32,000 nt of DNA from the NCBI RefSeq assembly GCF_000014265.1, contig NC_008312.1, forward strand, positions 420,001 to 452,000, written 5' to 3'. The notes under the pieces are model-generated. The model was not told where the DNA came from, did no database searches, and saw only the letters and a program-made list of their open reading frames with translations. This stretch comes from Trichodesmium erythraeum IMS101. Its GTDB lineage: Bacteria; Cyanobacteriota; Cyanobacteriia; Cyanobacteriales; Microcoleaceae. A program made the position numbers and the translations under genes. Shown piece after piece: positions 18,028 to 28,331 of the stretch (position 1 is the stretch's first letter; the number at the start of each line of letters is the position of its first letter).

Positions 18028-18234
18028 AAAAACCATTGACTGGCTTTGTTTTGTTTCTGTTTATTTTCCTATTTTTTTCCCATTTTTATTTCCATCGTTA
18101 AACATAAAATAGAAGTTAAACACATACATAAAAAACCATTGACTGGCTTTGTTTTGTTTCTGTTTATTTTCCTATTTTTTCCCCATTTTTATTTCCATCG
18201 TTAAACCTAAAATAGAAGTTAAACACATACATAA
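18028..18234. repeat. Two tandem copies of a 103-bp unit
   Basis: Copy 1 (about 18028-18130) and copy 2 (about 18131-18234) differ at only 2 positions by direct comparison. Confidence 0.9.
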
Positions 18235-18502
18235 TTGAAATAATTTAATCAGGTTATCTAATTTATTTTATATGCGATCGCGATAACATATATCTATTGA
18301 GCAAGAGTTATAGAAATGAATTATTCCCGAATTTTGTAGTAGTCACTTGTATATATATTTCCTCATGAATAATTAAACTTTTATCTATCCTGTACATGAG
18401 CAATAATCTACACAATTCCCTATAAGTTAATTGACTAATTTTTAAGTATTTTGCTCAAATAAATTGAATATTCTAAATCAAAGGTTATTTTATATTAATT
18501 CC

Positions 18503-19606
18503 TCAAACTTGACTTCCGACTTCCATAAACCGAGAATAATTAAAAGCTGTCAATAAGGAGTTAGATTGATTATTCCAAATTAAATCAGCTATCAACATTC
18601 CTGTTACAGGTGCTAATAAAATTCCATTTCGATAATGCCCAGTTGCTAAAGTCAAATTATCATAATTACTTTTTCCTAATATCGGCATTTCATCAGGAGT
18701 ATTAGGACGAAAACCCCACCAAAATTCTAAGATTTCGTAATCCCTTAACACTGGATATAATCTAATTGCATTTCCTAATAATTGTTGAATTCCTACCGGA
18801 GTATTTCCATCAACAAATCCGATATTTTCACAAGTTGCACCAATAATTATTCTGCCATCTTTGCGGGGTACAATATAACAGTGACTTCCATATATAACTT
18901 GTTGCAAAGATAGATTTTCTCTACTTACATATGAGGGCACTTTTAATGATAACATTTGCCCTTTTGTCGGAAAAATGGGAATTGGTAATAACTCCTGCGA
19001 CCATGCACCTGTAGCTAAGACATAATGTTCTGCTTCTATTTCACCTATTGATGTTTTGAGACTTTTAATTTTTCCTTTTTTCCGAATTATTTCTGTCACA
19101 ATTCCTGATTGAATTTCAACTTTCAATTCTTTAGCTGCTGCTATAATTGATTGGTATAAATAACGATTATCTACTTGCCCATCTTGAGGGTAAAACCAGC
19201 CCCCAATTACTTCAGGACTTAATCCTGGTTGATATTGATGGATTGCTACTTGATTTAGCCATTGATAATTCAGGCTTGGTAAAGCATAATTTTCTCTATC
19301 TTTTAGAGCATAAACTGGGGATAAAATTCCACAAGACCAATAACCAGTTTCTAAACCACTAATTGATTCTATTTTTTGTACCCATTCTGGATATAATGTT
19401 CGACTTTTTAAACATAAATCTAACATTTTTCCAGGGGGAATAGCTTCAGCTTGGGGGGCTAACATTCCGGCAGCAGCATTTGTGGCAATTTGCTGAAAAT
19501 CTCGGCTAATAACTGTTACTTTAGCTCCGCGTAACTTTAGTTCTATTGCTATTGATATACCGATAATACCGCCACCAATAATGATGATTTTGTTTGATTG
19601 ACTCAT
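18503..19606 (-). CDS. thiO: Glycine oxidase (thiamine biosynthesis), FAD-dependent
   Basis: The N-terminal dinucleotide fold is KIIIIGGGIIGISIAIEL. The C-terminal ATGHYRNGILLAPVTG is characteristic of ThiO/DAO-family glycine oxidases. Confidence 0.8.
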   Translation of the reverse strand: MSQSNKIIIIGGGIIGISIAIELKLRGAKVTVISRDFQQIATNAAAGMLAPQAEAIPPGKMLDLCLKSRTLYPEWVQKIESISGLETGYWSCGILSPVYALKDRENYALPSLNYQWLNQVAIHQYQPGLSPEVIGGWFYPQDGQVDNRYLYQSIIAAAKELKVEIQSGIVTEIIRKKGKIKSLKTSIGEIEAEHYVLATGAWSQELLPIPIFPTKGQMLSLKVPSYVSRENLSLQQVIYGSHCYIVPRKDGRIIIGATCENIGFVDGNTPVGIQQLLGNAIRLYPVLRDYEILEFWWGFRPNTPDEMPILGKSNYDNLTLATGHYRNGILLAPVTGMLIADLIWNNQSNSLLTAFNYSRFMEVGSQV

Positions 19607-20974
19607 AAGGGTAAACTCAGGACTTTTTTACACTAATTAACTGATACTTTTACGAATAATTGTATAGATAATTATCAAGAAAAGTTAGAATTAATACCAT
19701 TTCTTAACAAATTTTTAACCTGTATATTCTGTCGCAAACTGTCAATATTTAGGGACTTTTTTTGCCATTTTATCTCTAATAGTAATTAACATTAATTTAG
19801 TATTCATCGTGCAAAAAGGAAAAAAATATAAGTCAACTATTTAATAACTGAAGTCATACCTAAGCCTAGTCTAATTTTCTAGAAATTGGGATAAATTAAA
19901 ATGAAATAGCATAGATTTTTTAGACTAATTTACTGATACTTTAAAAATCATTGTAGATATATTAATTAGGAATAATAAATACTTATTTATACTATAAATT
20001 TTAAATATTTTTTATCTCTTTATTTTATCTCTTTATTTTATTTTTATTAGACCAGATATTGGGGATTATTTTTATTTAAATATATTTAATCTATCTTGAT
20101 CAAGATAATTGGTTTGCACAACTCAAACTTGGAATTTTAAATATTTTTTAAGGGGGTGTTTAAATCCTCGTTGTACTCATTTTCTAAAGTTAGATTACTA
20201 TAAGTTTAACTCTTGGCTTTGAAGACATGATAGATTACTTTGGCAAGTGAATTTTTAAGTTTATAAAATACGTATTACGAAAACAAACTATGATTTTGTT
20301 AACCTGTCTAGAGTCCAAAACATCTCAAAACACTTGCCCCAAAAGCCACTATATTTAGTATTCTTGATATCTCCTAAAACTTTCACTTAAAAGGATAATT
20401 TTTTCTGATAATTAGGAGAATAGGGAGGCGAAGAAAATTTAGTTTTTTCTCGAATTTCTTTCCTTGAGAAACTTCTTCTTCTATTTCCATAGCGCAAGTG
20501 GCACAAGTACCAATACTAGGAAAGTTAATAATTGAGGCATTGCCATTATAAACACCAACATTATTTTTGATCAACATAGATGGTGGATTTGCACCAGAAT
20601 TACAAATTATAATTTTATTCTGAAGTCTAAATTATAACCATAACAAATTACTTACTATATTGAATAATATTAATTATATATTAACAGCTAAAAATTTACA
20701 TAATAAAGTAAGCTGGGCAAATATAGCAATTCAATCAAAGGGTTGTAACAATTCAAAAACTAGAAATAAACTCTGAAACTCTTACCCATTACTCCTGTGG
20801 ACAATGTAAAAAGAGAATTCCTATAGTGATTCCCTGATGTTCTTGGTAAGCATAATGTGATAAAGTTTAAATTAACTTTAAAAATTTTTTCTGTCGCAAC
20901 TATAACTTGCTTAAAACCAGATTATATGATATAATAGATTATTACCTAAGCTCTGAAATCTACCATCAACTACC

Positions 20975-22579
20975 ATGAACAAAATCTGGATTTACGATAC
21001 AACTCTGCGGGACGGTGCCCAACGAGAAGGATTATCCCTATCCTTAGAAGATAAATTACGTATTGTCCACCAGCTCGACAGTTTAGGGATTCCCTTTATC
21101 GAAGGCGGTTGGCCTGGAGCCAATCCTAAAGATGTACAATTTTTTTGGCATCTCAAAGAGCAACCCCTAACTCAAGCAGAAGTCGTAGCATTTTGTTCCA
21201 CCCGACGTCCTGGAAAACAAGCAGCATCAGATCCTACTCTCCAACCTATCTTGTCTGCGGGTACACGGTGGGTAACAATTTTTGGTAAATCTTGGGACTT
21301 GCACGTTACTGAAGGGTTAAAAACTACTCTTGAAGAAAATTTAGAGATGATTTCAGATACAATTTCCTATCTGTGTAGTCAAGGTTGTCAGGTTATTTAC
21401 GATGCTGAACATTGGTTTGATGGTTACAAACATAACCCCAATTATGCTTTACAAACTTTAACTGCTGCCAAAAATGCAGGGGCTCAATGGTTAGTTCTAT
21501 GCGACACGAATGGAGGAACCCTACCACACGAAGCTACTCAAATAGTAGCAGATGTTTCTAGAGAGTTACCTAATACTAGATTAGGTATTCACACTCATAA
21601 TGATTCTGGTACTGCTGTGGCTAATGCCTTGTCTGCAGTGATCGAAGGAGTACAGATGGTGCAGGGAACTATTAATGGTTATGGGGAGCGTTGTGGTAAT
21701 GCTAATCTCTGTACTTTAATTCCTAATTTACAAATTAAGTTGGGTTATGATTGTATTCAATCACAAAAACTGGAAAAACTGACTCAGGTCAGTCGAGGTA
21801 TTAGTGAAATAGTTAATCTTGCTCCTGACGACCATGCACCATTTGTAGGTTTATCAGCTTTTGCTCATAAGGGTGGTATTCATGTGTCTGCGGTGGAACG
21901 TAACCCTCTAACTTATGAACATATTCAACCCCAAGAAGTAGGTAATACTCGTCGTATTGTGATTTCTGACCAAGCAGGTTTGAGTAATGTGTTAGCAAAG
22001 GCAAAAAGTTTTGGCATAGAACTAGATCGCCAAAACCCAGCTTGTCGAAAAATTTTGGATAAGTTAAAAGAGTTGGAAAATCAGGGGTATCAATTTGAGG
22101 CAGCGGAGGCCAGTTTTGAGTTATTAATGCGAAGTGCTTTGGAGCGAAGGCAGCATTTTTTTGAGATTAAAGGTTTCCAGGTACATTTAGATAAGGAGAG
22201 TGCTAAGGTTTCTAATTCTCTGGCAACGGTGAAGGTTGCTGTTGATGGTAGGGATATTCTCGAAGCTGCTGAAGGAAATGGTCCGGTTTCTGCTTTGGAT
22301 ACTGCTTTACGGAAGGCTTTAGGAAATTTTTATCCAGCGATCGCTAATTTTTACTTGACAGACTATAAGGTGAGAATTTTGGATAGTGGAGCGGGTACTT
22401 CTGCTAAGACTAGGGTGTTAATTGAGTCGAGTAATGGTCAACAACGGTGGACTACTGTGGGAGTTTCTACTAATATTTTGGATGCTTCTTATCTCGCTGT
22501 TATTGAAGGTTTGGAGTATGGTTTGATGTTGGAAAGTCAGTCTCAAGAAAATGCGGTCAGTGTAGTGATCGTAAACTGA
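20975..22579 (+). CDS. cimA: Citramalate synthase (LeuA-related, TIGR00977-like)
   Basis: IYDTTLRDGAQREGLSLSLEDKL...IEGGWPGANPKD matches the citramalate-synthase branch rather than canonical LeuA (EAGFP). The HTHND metal site and a C-terminal regulatory domain are present. The branch assignment is from memory. Confidence 0.75.
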   Translation: MNKIWIYDTTLRDGAQREGLSLSLEDKLRIVHQLDSLGIPFIEGGWPGANPKDVQFFWHLKEQPLTQAEVVAFCSTRRPGKQAASDPTLQPILSAGTRWVTIFGKSWDLHVTEGLKTTLEENLEMISDTISYLCSQGCQVIYDAEHWFDGYKHNPNYALQTLTAAKNAGAQWLVLCDTNGGTLPHEATQIVADVSRELPNTRLGIHTHNDSGTAVANALSAVIEGVQMVQGTINGYGERCGNANLCTLIPNLQIKLGYDCIQSQKLEKLTQVSRGISEIVNLAPDDHAPFVGLSAFAHKGGIHVSAVERNPLTYEHIQPQEVGNTRRIVISDQAGLSNVLAKAKSFGIELDRQNPACRKILDKLKELENQGYQFEAAEASFELLMRSALERRQHFFEIKGFQVHLDKESAKVSNSLATVKVAVDGRDILEAAEGNGPVSALDTALRKALGNFYPAIANFYLTDYKVRILDSGAGTSAKTRVLIESSNGQQRWTTVGVSTNILDASYLAVIEGLEYGLMLESQSQENAVSVVIVN

Positions 22580-22622
22580 GTCTGCGGACTTTAACTTTTA
22601 ACTTATTTATAAGTCTTGAAGT

Positions 22623-22660
22623 TTCCATTGTTATTCACTGCAATGGAATTCTTTTGTGTT
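22623..22660 (+). terminator. Candidate intrinsic terminator of cimA
   Basis: A perfect 8-bp stem TTCCATTG/CAATGGAA (22623-22630 / 22641-22648) with a 10-nt loop is followed by TTCTTTTGTGTT. It lies 44 nt after the stop codon. Confidence 0.5.
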
Positions 22661-22806
22661 GAGCTTTCACTATCCTAGTCAATAGTCAAAATGTTCTAAT
22701 ATAAATAATGGTATTATACATCGAAATTTATGTTATTAATGTATCATCACTAGAGCAGAGTAATGATTGATGACGAGTTACGGCTAAGTTTAAAGTCTAG
22801 GCTTCC

Positions 22807-23052
22807 CTAAGTCATGGCTTTTGAATTTATAAATTCTAGGAAACTCACATACATTTCTTCTTTGTTTGGACTAAGTGAGCTAAAGTTTTCTCTTGCTACT
22901 TGGCAGGTAGGTAGTTCTAAATTGTCTGAGCCTAAAACCTCTTGAGCAACATATAAAAAATTATAATTTCGTTTTAACCACTCCCACTCATTCAGGGAGC
23001 CACAATTAATCATTGCAGTAGCATCAAGAATTATTCGGTTAGCTGATAGCAT
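22807..23052 (-). CDS. Hypothetical protein (weak PIN-like N-terminus; possibly a gene remnant)
   Basis: The ORF track uses a TTG at 23091, while the first ATG gives MLSANRIILDATAMIN... There is no clear ribosome-binding site, and the protein is too short for a full PIN domain. Confidence 0.3.
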   Translation of the reverse strand: MLSANRIILDATAMINCGSLNEWEWLKRNYNFLYVAQEVLGSDNLELPTCQVARENFSSLSPNKEEMYVSFLEFINSKAMT

Positions 23053-23534
23053 AAGCCTCAGTTTATTGAAAACGCGCCCGTAACTCTTCAACTTTACTAT
23101 ACAAAAATTCTGTTGCTTTTTATTCTGAGATTTTTTCAGGTCAAGACTTGGTAAAATAAGTTGTTGATTAAATTATTTTTATGGATAATATTCCCCCTTT
23201 TATACCAATTAAAAACAGTTTTTCTATACTTCAAAGCTAGCAAAAACAACTTTTTTTCCGAACTGAAGTAACCCAAATATTCAGTATTGGAGCCAACAAA
23301 TAATCTTTATAAATATCAAATGTGAGTATAGAACAGTTGATAATAATTAGTATTAGATTTAGTTGAATTTTTCAGAAGAAAATGATTATTTTGTTTTGAG
23401 AATTTGCTTTAATTTTATGATTTTTTTTTGCCTATAGTCAATAAAAACTATAGTGTTATATAATTTAATCATTGAAGCCATATCTTTATTATTGATAATT
23501 ATTTGTAAATATCCCTTAAAATATCCCTTAACTT

Positions 23535-24284
23535 ATGATAAGTAACCATAGCAAAAACCATTACCAAAATATCGCCAATATTTACGATAATCTCTGGTCA
23601 TACTCTCCTGATTACATTAAATTTACCACTCAAAAAATTATCCAATATCTACACCTAAATGCCACAGACACTTTAGTGGATATTGGCTGTGGAACAGGAA
23701 TTTATAGCAAAGAAATTCTCCATCAAATTCAATTACAGCAACCGATTATTTGCGTTGATAATTCTGCTGAAATGGTAGGAAAAATTCCAGCAAATAGTCG
23801 ATTAAACCCCATAGAAATGGATGGAGTAAAATTCTCTCAAAAACTAGGAATTTATAACAAAATTTTATTGAAAGAAGCTATCCATCATATAAAAGAAAAA
23901 TTTATTCTATTCCAGAATTTGTACCAAAGATTAACTCCTGGAGGAATTTTTCTATTATTGTTATGGCCACCTACTATTGAGCATCCTTTATTTACGGAAG
24001 CACTAGAGTCTTATGAAAAAAAACAACCTCATTATCAAGAAATGATTAATTTACTTCAGCAAGTAGGTTTTGTTGTTGATATGGATATTATTGAGTATCC
24101 TTTAGAATTGCCAAAAAGTCAGTATTTCGAAATGGTAGAAAATTGTTATATGTCTTTGCTTTCTGAATTTAATGATGCTGAATTGGCAGAAGGTTTAAAG
24201 GAAATAGAAGAGAAATATCAGGATAAGTCAGTATTGAAATTTAGCGATCGCATGGTTTTTATCATAGCAACTAAGTCTAAGTAA
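23535..24284 (+). CDS. Class I SAM-dependent methyltransferase
   Basis: Motif I reads LVDIGCGTGIYS, and the post-I acidic residue lies in ICVDNS. The 249-aa length is typical of Methyltransf_11/25-type enzymes. Confidence 0.8.
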   Translation: MISNHSKNHYQNIANIYDNLWSYSPDYIKFTTQKIIQYLHLNATDTLVDIGCGTGIYSKEILHQIQLQQPIICVDNSAEMVGKIPANSRLNPIEMDGVKFSQKLGIYNKILLKEAIHHIKEKFILFQNLYQRLTPGGIFLLLLWPPTIEHPLFTEALESYEKKQPHYQEMINLLQQVGFVVDMDIIEYPLELPKSQYFEMVENCYMSLLSEFNDAELAEGLKEIEEKYQDKSVLKFSDRMVFIIATKSK

Positions 24285-24490
24285 ATACAGCAGCTCCAGT
24301 GATTAATGTGTTACAACTGACGGAATCAATATTTTTTTCCTTGTTCCTATAATATGCATTTTTATTATTTCCTATTTTAATAACTTTTATACTAACATTT
24401 TAATATGAGGAATCTTTCAATATGGGAAAAAAAAGTGCAAAAATAGTTCCTTGACTGTAGTTTTTTTTGGAACTGATAATTATCTGTTGA

Positions 24491-25607
24491 TATAGCAATC
24501 CCATATTGGTCGCAACAGATATAATAGTAAGAATAACAGATCTAAGAAAAAGACAAAAAATGAATATTATAGATAAACTAAATGATTTTATTAATCAAAC
24601 AAAAGAGTCTAAAGAAATTAAAAGGGCCTTGGCCGTAAAAATGACCTTGTCAGGAAAATCCTACCATGAAGTCAAAGAATTATTAAATGTTTCTCACAGT
24701 TTTATTAGTGAATGGAAAAACCAAGCATTATTTCATGGTGTAGAAAGTTTAAGGCTTCAGTATCAAGGGAGACAAGGTTACTTAAAAACGGTCGAAAAAG
24801 AGAAAACAATTGAGTGGTTGAGAGCACAAGATTATCTTAGGTTATCAGATTTAAAAAACTACTTACAGGAGCAATATGATGTGGTTTTTGAGTCTAATCA
24901 AAGTTACTATAACTTGTTTAAATAAGCGGGCATAAGTTGGAAAAAAACTCAAAAAAAGAATCCTGCTAAAAATGATGAATTAGTAGAAGTTACAAGAAAA
25001 GAAATAGAGGAATTTTTAGCTAAATGGCAACCAGAAATAGAAACTGGAAAGCTTACAGTGTTTATGATTGATGAATGTCATATTCTATGGGGAGACATAT
25101 TAGGTTATGCTTGGGGAAAAACAGATGAAAGAATAGAAATTGCAATTAAAAATGAAAAAGAAAGACAGACTTATTATGGAGCTTTAGACTATAAAACCAA
25201 GGAATTTCTTGTGCAAGAATATGAGAGTGGAAATACTAAAAATACTATTGAATTTATTAAATATTTGCAGAAGCAAAGACCGGGCAACAAATTGGCAATA
25301 TTTTGGGATGGGGCAACTTACCATAACTCTCAAGAATTTCGAGAATATTTAATGACAATTAATCAATACTTATCAGAAGAAGAATTGTTGATAAATTGTA
25401 CAAGATTTGCTCCCAATGCTCCGGAGCAAAATCCTGTTGAAGATATTTGGTTACAAACCAAAAATTTCAGTATTACTTTTTATCATCTTTGCAGTTCTTT
25501 TAAAGTAGTTAAGTGGCTATTTAAGTTTTTTGCGGATGGTCAAATATTCAATTTCCCAAAACTTTTTCAGTATGAAATTTTGCCGCAACCTACTTAGGAT
25601 TGCTATA
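24491..25607 (+). mobile_element. IS630/Tc1-mariner family insertion sequence (about 1.1 kb)
   Basis: The terminal inverted repeats begin TATAGCAATCC at both ends (24491-24501 and the reverse complement of 25597-25607), with about 10 of the next 18 nt also matching. A TA dinucleotide sits at each tip. The element encloses an HTH domain plus a DDE transposase. Confidence 0.85.
24560..25597 (+). pseudogene. IS630-family transposase with a single in-frame TAA
   Basis: ORF 24506..24925 and ORF 25058..25597 are in the same frame, and the frame stays open right after the TAA at 24923-24925. Read through, it gives ...YYNLFK-TAA-AGISWKKTQKKNPAKNDE...MIDECH... DDE candidates are MIDECH, IFWDGATYH and NPVEDIW. 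Confidence 0.8.
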
Positions 25608-26240
25608 GTTATTTAAATACGATAATTTATTCAATTTTTACATTCACAGCCAAACATTCTAAAAGAGTAGCACGAGCATAAAAAAAATCGTTTTTTAACA
25701 AGTATAGTGATTTGAAAAATGATATAAAACTAGTATAATTATATCATAAATTTATATTAGCAAATAAAATTATTCAGGATCGGGATGGCAAAAATCATAT
25801 ACATATAAAAATACTAAAATTTTAACAACAGCAATATCTAGTTCAGGTTATGAATTAGGAAGAGTAACTAGATGTGCTTTGTATATTTTTGCTAGACTTG
25901 GGAACTTTTTTCGCAAATATTCCGCAACAAAATTAGTCATTTTCCCATATCAAGGTTTTTGGATCGACATTTCAATAGTTTTTCCTTCTCATAATTCTAA
26001 GTAGCGATCGCCGAGAATGCCTGTATAAATCATCATATAATCTTGTATTAACCATTTAGTTAAAATAATCATATTGTGTTTATGAGTAATTTAAGCCTGT
26101 GGCCAACAAGTAAATAATCTATCAGGTGAAAACATAGAATTAAAATTAAATTCTGAGAACAAATTTATCTAAATATATGTCAAGATACTAAATAAACATT
26201 AAAATATTCAACTTTATCAAGATTATCACAGGGTAAAATC

Positions 26241-27479
26241 ATGATTTTGTCTCGTTGTAATTCTTTTAATACCTATTTCTTAGGTACTGCTACTCTTGGA
26301 GCAATTGTTATTACTATCCCAACAGCAGCAACTGCTAAAACTGCTCAACAAGTAGCAGAAATAGCTGCACCAATTACAGTACAAATTAATAGTAACTTAG
26401 GTGATGGTTCTGGTGTAATAATTGCTAAAAATGGAAACATTTATACAGTGCTTACTGTTAACCATGTCCTTGAAGATTCTACTATTAAATATAGTGTGAG
26501 AACTTATCAAGAAAAAGACTATGAAGTAATAGATATAGTTAACTTACAAATAACTGATGAAGAACCAGATTTAGCAATACTTAAATTTGAAAGTTCACAA
26601 ACATATCCAGTAGCAACTTTAGGTAACTCTGAACAATCAGTTATTGGTTCTCAAATATATGTTTTTGGTTATCCAGCAACTGGTGGTTTATTTGGTACTG
26701 ATAGAGCACCAGAATTATCTCCAGGATTAGTAACCAGCCGCCCTAAAAGTCGTCCTGAAGGTTATACTTTACGTTATCAAGCTGTTACTTGGAGTGGCAT
26801 GAGTGGGGGTCCAGTTTTTGATACAAATGGTCGTATAATTGGTATTCATGGGCAAGGAGAATTTGGATTTGCTCAAACTAATTCTGGAGATGTAGCACCA
26901 ATTAAAACTGGGTTTAATGCGGCAGTTCCTATTAATAGTTTTATGAGAAAATTATCTACTGCTGGTATTGATCGTTCAGACTTGATTTTTGATAATACTC
27001 CAGTAAATACCAATCCTATTTCAACCATTAATCCTCAAAGTGCTGAAGCTTTATATTTTAGAGGTATAAGTTATTTAGATCAGGGAGATGCTTGGGAAGC
27101 GATAACTAATTTTAATCGTGCTTTAGAAAAGGAACCTGATAGTCCAGAAATATATTTTAATATGGGTATTGCTAGAAGTTTATTAGTTAACCCTTATGAA
27201 CCAATAACGAGAGGTCCAAATCCAATTAAAGATTATACTAAGGCAATTGAATTGAATCCAGGTTATGCTGATGCTTATTATAATCGTGCTAATGCTTATT
27301 ATCAGAATAGCCTCATTTATAAAAGTCTTAAAAATAAGAGAAAAGCTAATCAAGAACTTCTAAAGGCAATAAAAGATTTGCAAAAAGCAGGAGAACTTTA
27401 TCAGGAAGGTGGTCGAATTAAAGCTTATAAAGAAAGCCTATATTTAATAAAAAAGTTACGGAATTTATTATTAGTCTAA
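26241..27479 (+). CDS. Secreted trypsin-like (S1) serine protease fused to C-terminal TPR repeats
   Basis: It has a signal-peptide-like N-terminus. Triad contexts are LTVNHVL (His), DLAILKF (Asp) and GMSGGPVF (Ser). The C-terminal TPR units include AEALYFRGISYLDQGDAWEAITNFNRALEKEP and AIELNPGYADAYYNRANAYY. Confidence 0.85.
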   Translation: MILSRCNSFNTYFLGTATLGAIVITIPTAATAKTAQQVAEIAAPITVQINSNLGDGSGVIIAKNGNIYTVLTVNHVLEDSTIKYSVRTYQEKDYEVIDIVNLQITDEEPDLAILKFESSQTYPVATLGNSEQSVIGSQIYVFGYPATGGLFGTDRAPELSPGLVTSRPKSRPEGYTLRYQAVTWSGMSGGPVFDTNGRIIGIHGQGEFGFAQTNSGDVAPIKTGFNAAVPINSFMRKLSTAGIDRSDLIFDNTPVNTNPISTINPQSAEALYFRGISYLDQGDAWEAITNFNRALEKEPDSPEIYFNMGIARSLLVNPYEPITRGPNPIKDYTKAIELNPGYADAYYNRANAYYQNSLIYKSLKNKRKANQELLKAIKDLQKAGELYQEGGRIKAYKESLYLIKKLRNLLLV

Positions 27480-28331
27480 TTTGCTAAGATGTCTAATTTG
27501 ACGTTGATACTCAGTTTTAATAGATTTAATTTTTAGTTGAAGCTGAGTATCGTAGTTTTGCTTTAATAATTGAATTTTTCGCTGAAACTGGTTTTGATTT
27601 TGAGAAGTTATAGACCTCATAATTTCTAGTATTGATTCTTGGTTCATTTCTTCTAATTCCCTAATCTGATTTCGGAGTTTATTTTTATGTTTTACTTCTA
27701 AAGATTGAATAGTTTTTTGTATTTCTTGATCGTGTTTATTCTCTAACTTAGTAATTTCCTGCTGATGCTTTTCTTGTAAAAAATTGTTAATAGATTGAAT
27801 TTTTTCCTGATAAATGTTTTCTAATTCTTGAAACTTTTTATGATACTCTAATTGCCAAAAACTATTATTTTCTTGTATTTTTTGTTGATAATTTCTTTCT
27901 AATTCTATTTTTTGATGAGAATATTTATCCGTCAACTCTCTGATAGTTTCTTGCGCTTGAGATTCAGCAAATACTAAATTTTGTGTTTGTTCTGCTTGCA
28001 ATGATTTAATCTGTGTCTGTAATTCGTGCTCCAATTTAATTTTATCTGTCAATTTTTTTTGATGTTCTACTTCTAAAGCTTCTATTTTTGCTTGTTTTTT
28101 TTCTAACTTATTTTTCAGTTGTTGAATTTGCCCTTGATGTTCTGTATGTAATAATTCAATTTTTTGTGCCCATACTTGTTCAACATTATAGGTTTGTTCA
28201 TGGGCGGCTCGTAACTGTCCGTTATAATTTTGAGCTTGTTTTGTTAAGCGTTTTTCTAATAACCAATAAGCAAAACCAAGACCTGCTAAACAACTAATAA
28301 TTGTAGTTACTAAATATAATGTTATTAACAT
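27471..28331 (-). CDS. Membrane-anchored Q/E/K-rich coiled-coil protein (hypothetical)
   Basis: One N-terminal TM helix (LITLYLVTTIISCLAGLGFAYWLL) is followed by about 255 aa of heptad-like Q/E/K-rich sequence. The 3' end overlaps the protease gene by 9 nt (convergent). I recognise no family. Confidence 0.6.
   Translation of the reverse strand: MLITLYLVTTIISCLAGLGFAYWLLEKRLTKQAQNYNGQLRAAHEQTYNVEQVWAQKIELLHTEHQGQIQQLKNKLEKKQAKIEALEVEHQKKLTDKIKLEHELQTQIKSLQAEQTQNLVFAESQAQETIRELTDKYSHQKIELERNYQQKIQENNSFWQLEYHKKFQELENIYQEKIQSINNFLQEKHQQEITKLENKHDQEIQKTIQSLEVKHKNKLRNQIRELEEMNQESILEIMRSITSQNQNQFQRKIQLLKQNYDTQLQLKIKSIKTEYQRQIRHLSKLD

Noticed and set aside
19607-19800. TPP riboswitch in front of thiO
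   Set aside because: I could not find the conserved CUGAGA / ACCUGAUCUGGAUAAUGCCAGCG-type elements on the minus strand upstream of thiO.
20383-20640. Small ORF (64 aa, NASIINFPSIGTCATCAMEIEEE...) with a TATAAT box at 20631-20636 (minus strand) as a RiPP precursor or micro-protein
   Set aside because: It has no Shine-Dalgarno sequence and no usable -35 element. No maturation, cyclase or transport genes are nearby, and the C-terminal half looks like random AT-rich translation. It is worth a glance in RNA-seq data only.
22807-23091. VapC/PIN toxin with an upstream antitoxin
   Set aside because: Only a weak IILDATAMI and QEV resemblance is present. The ORF is too short for a PIN domain, its start is ambiguous, and no antitoxin-sized ORF precedes it.
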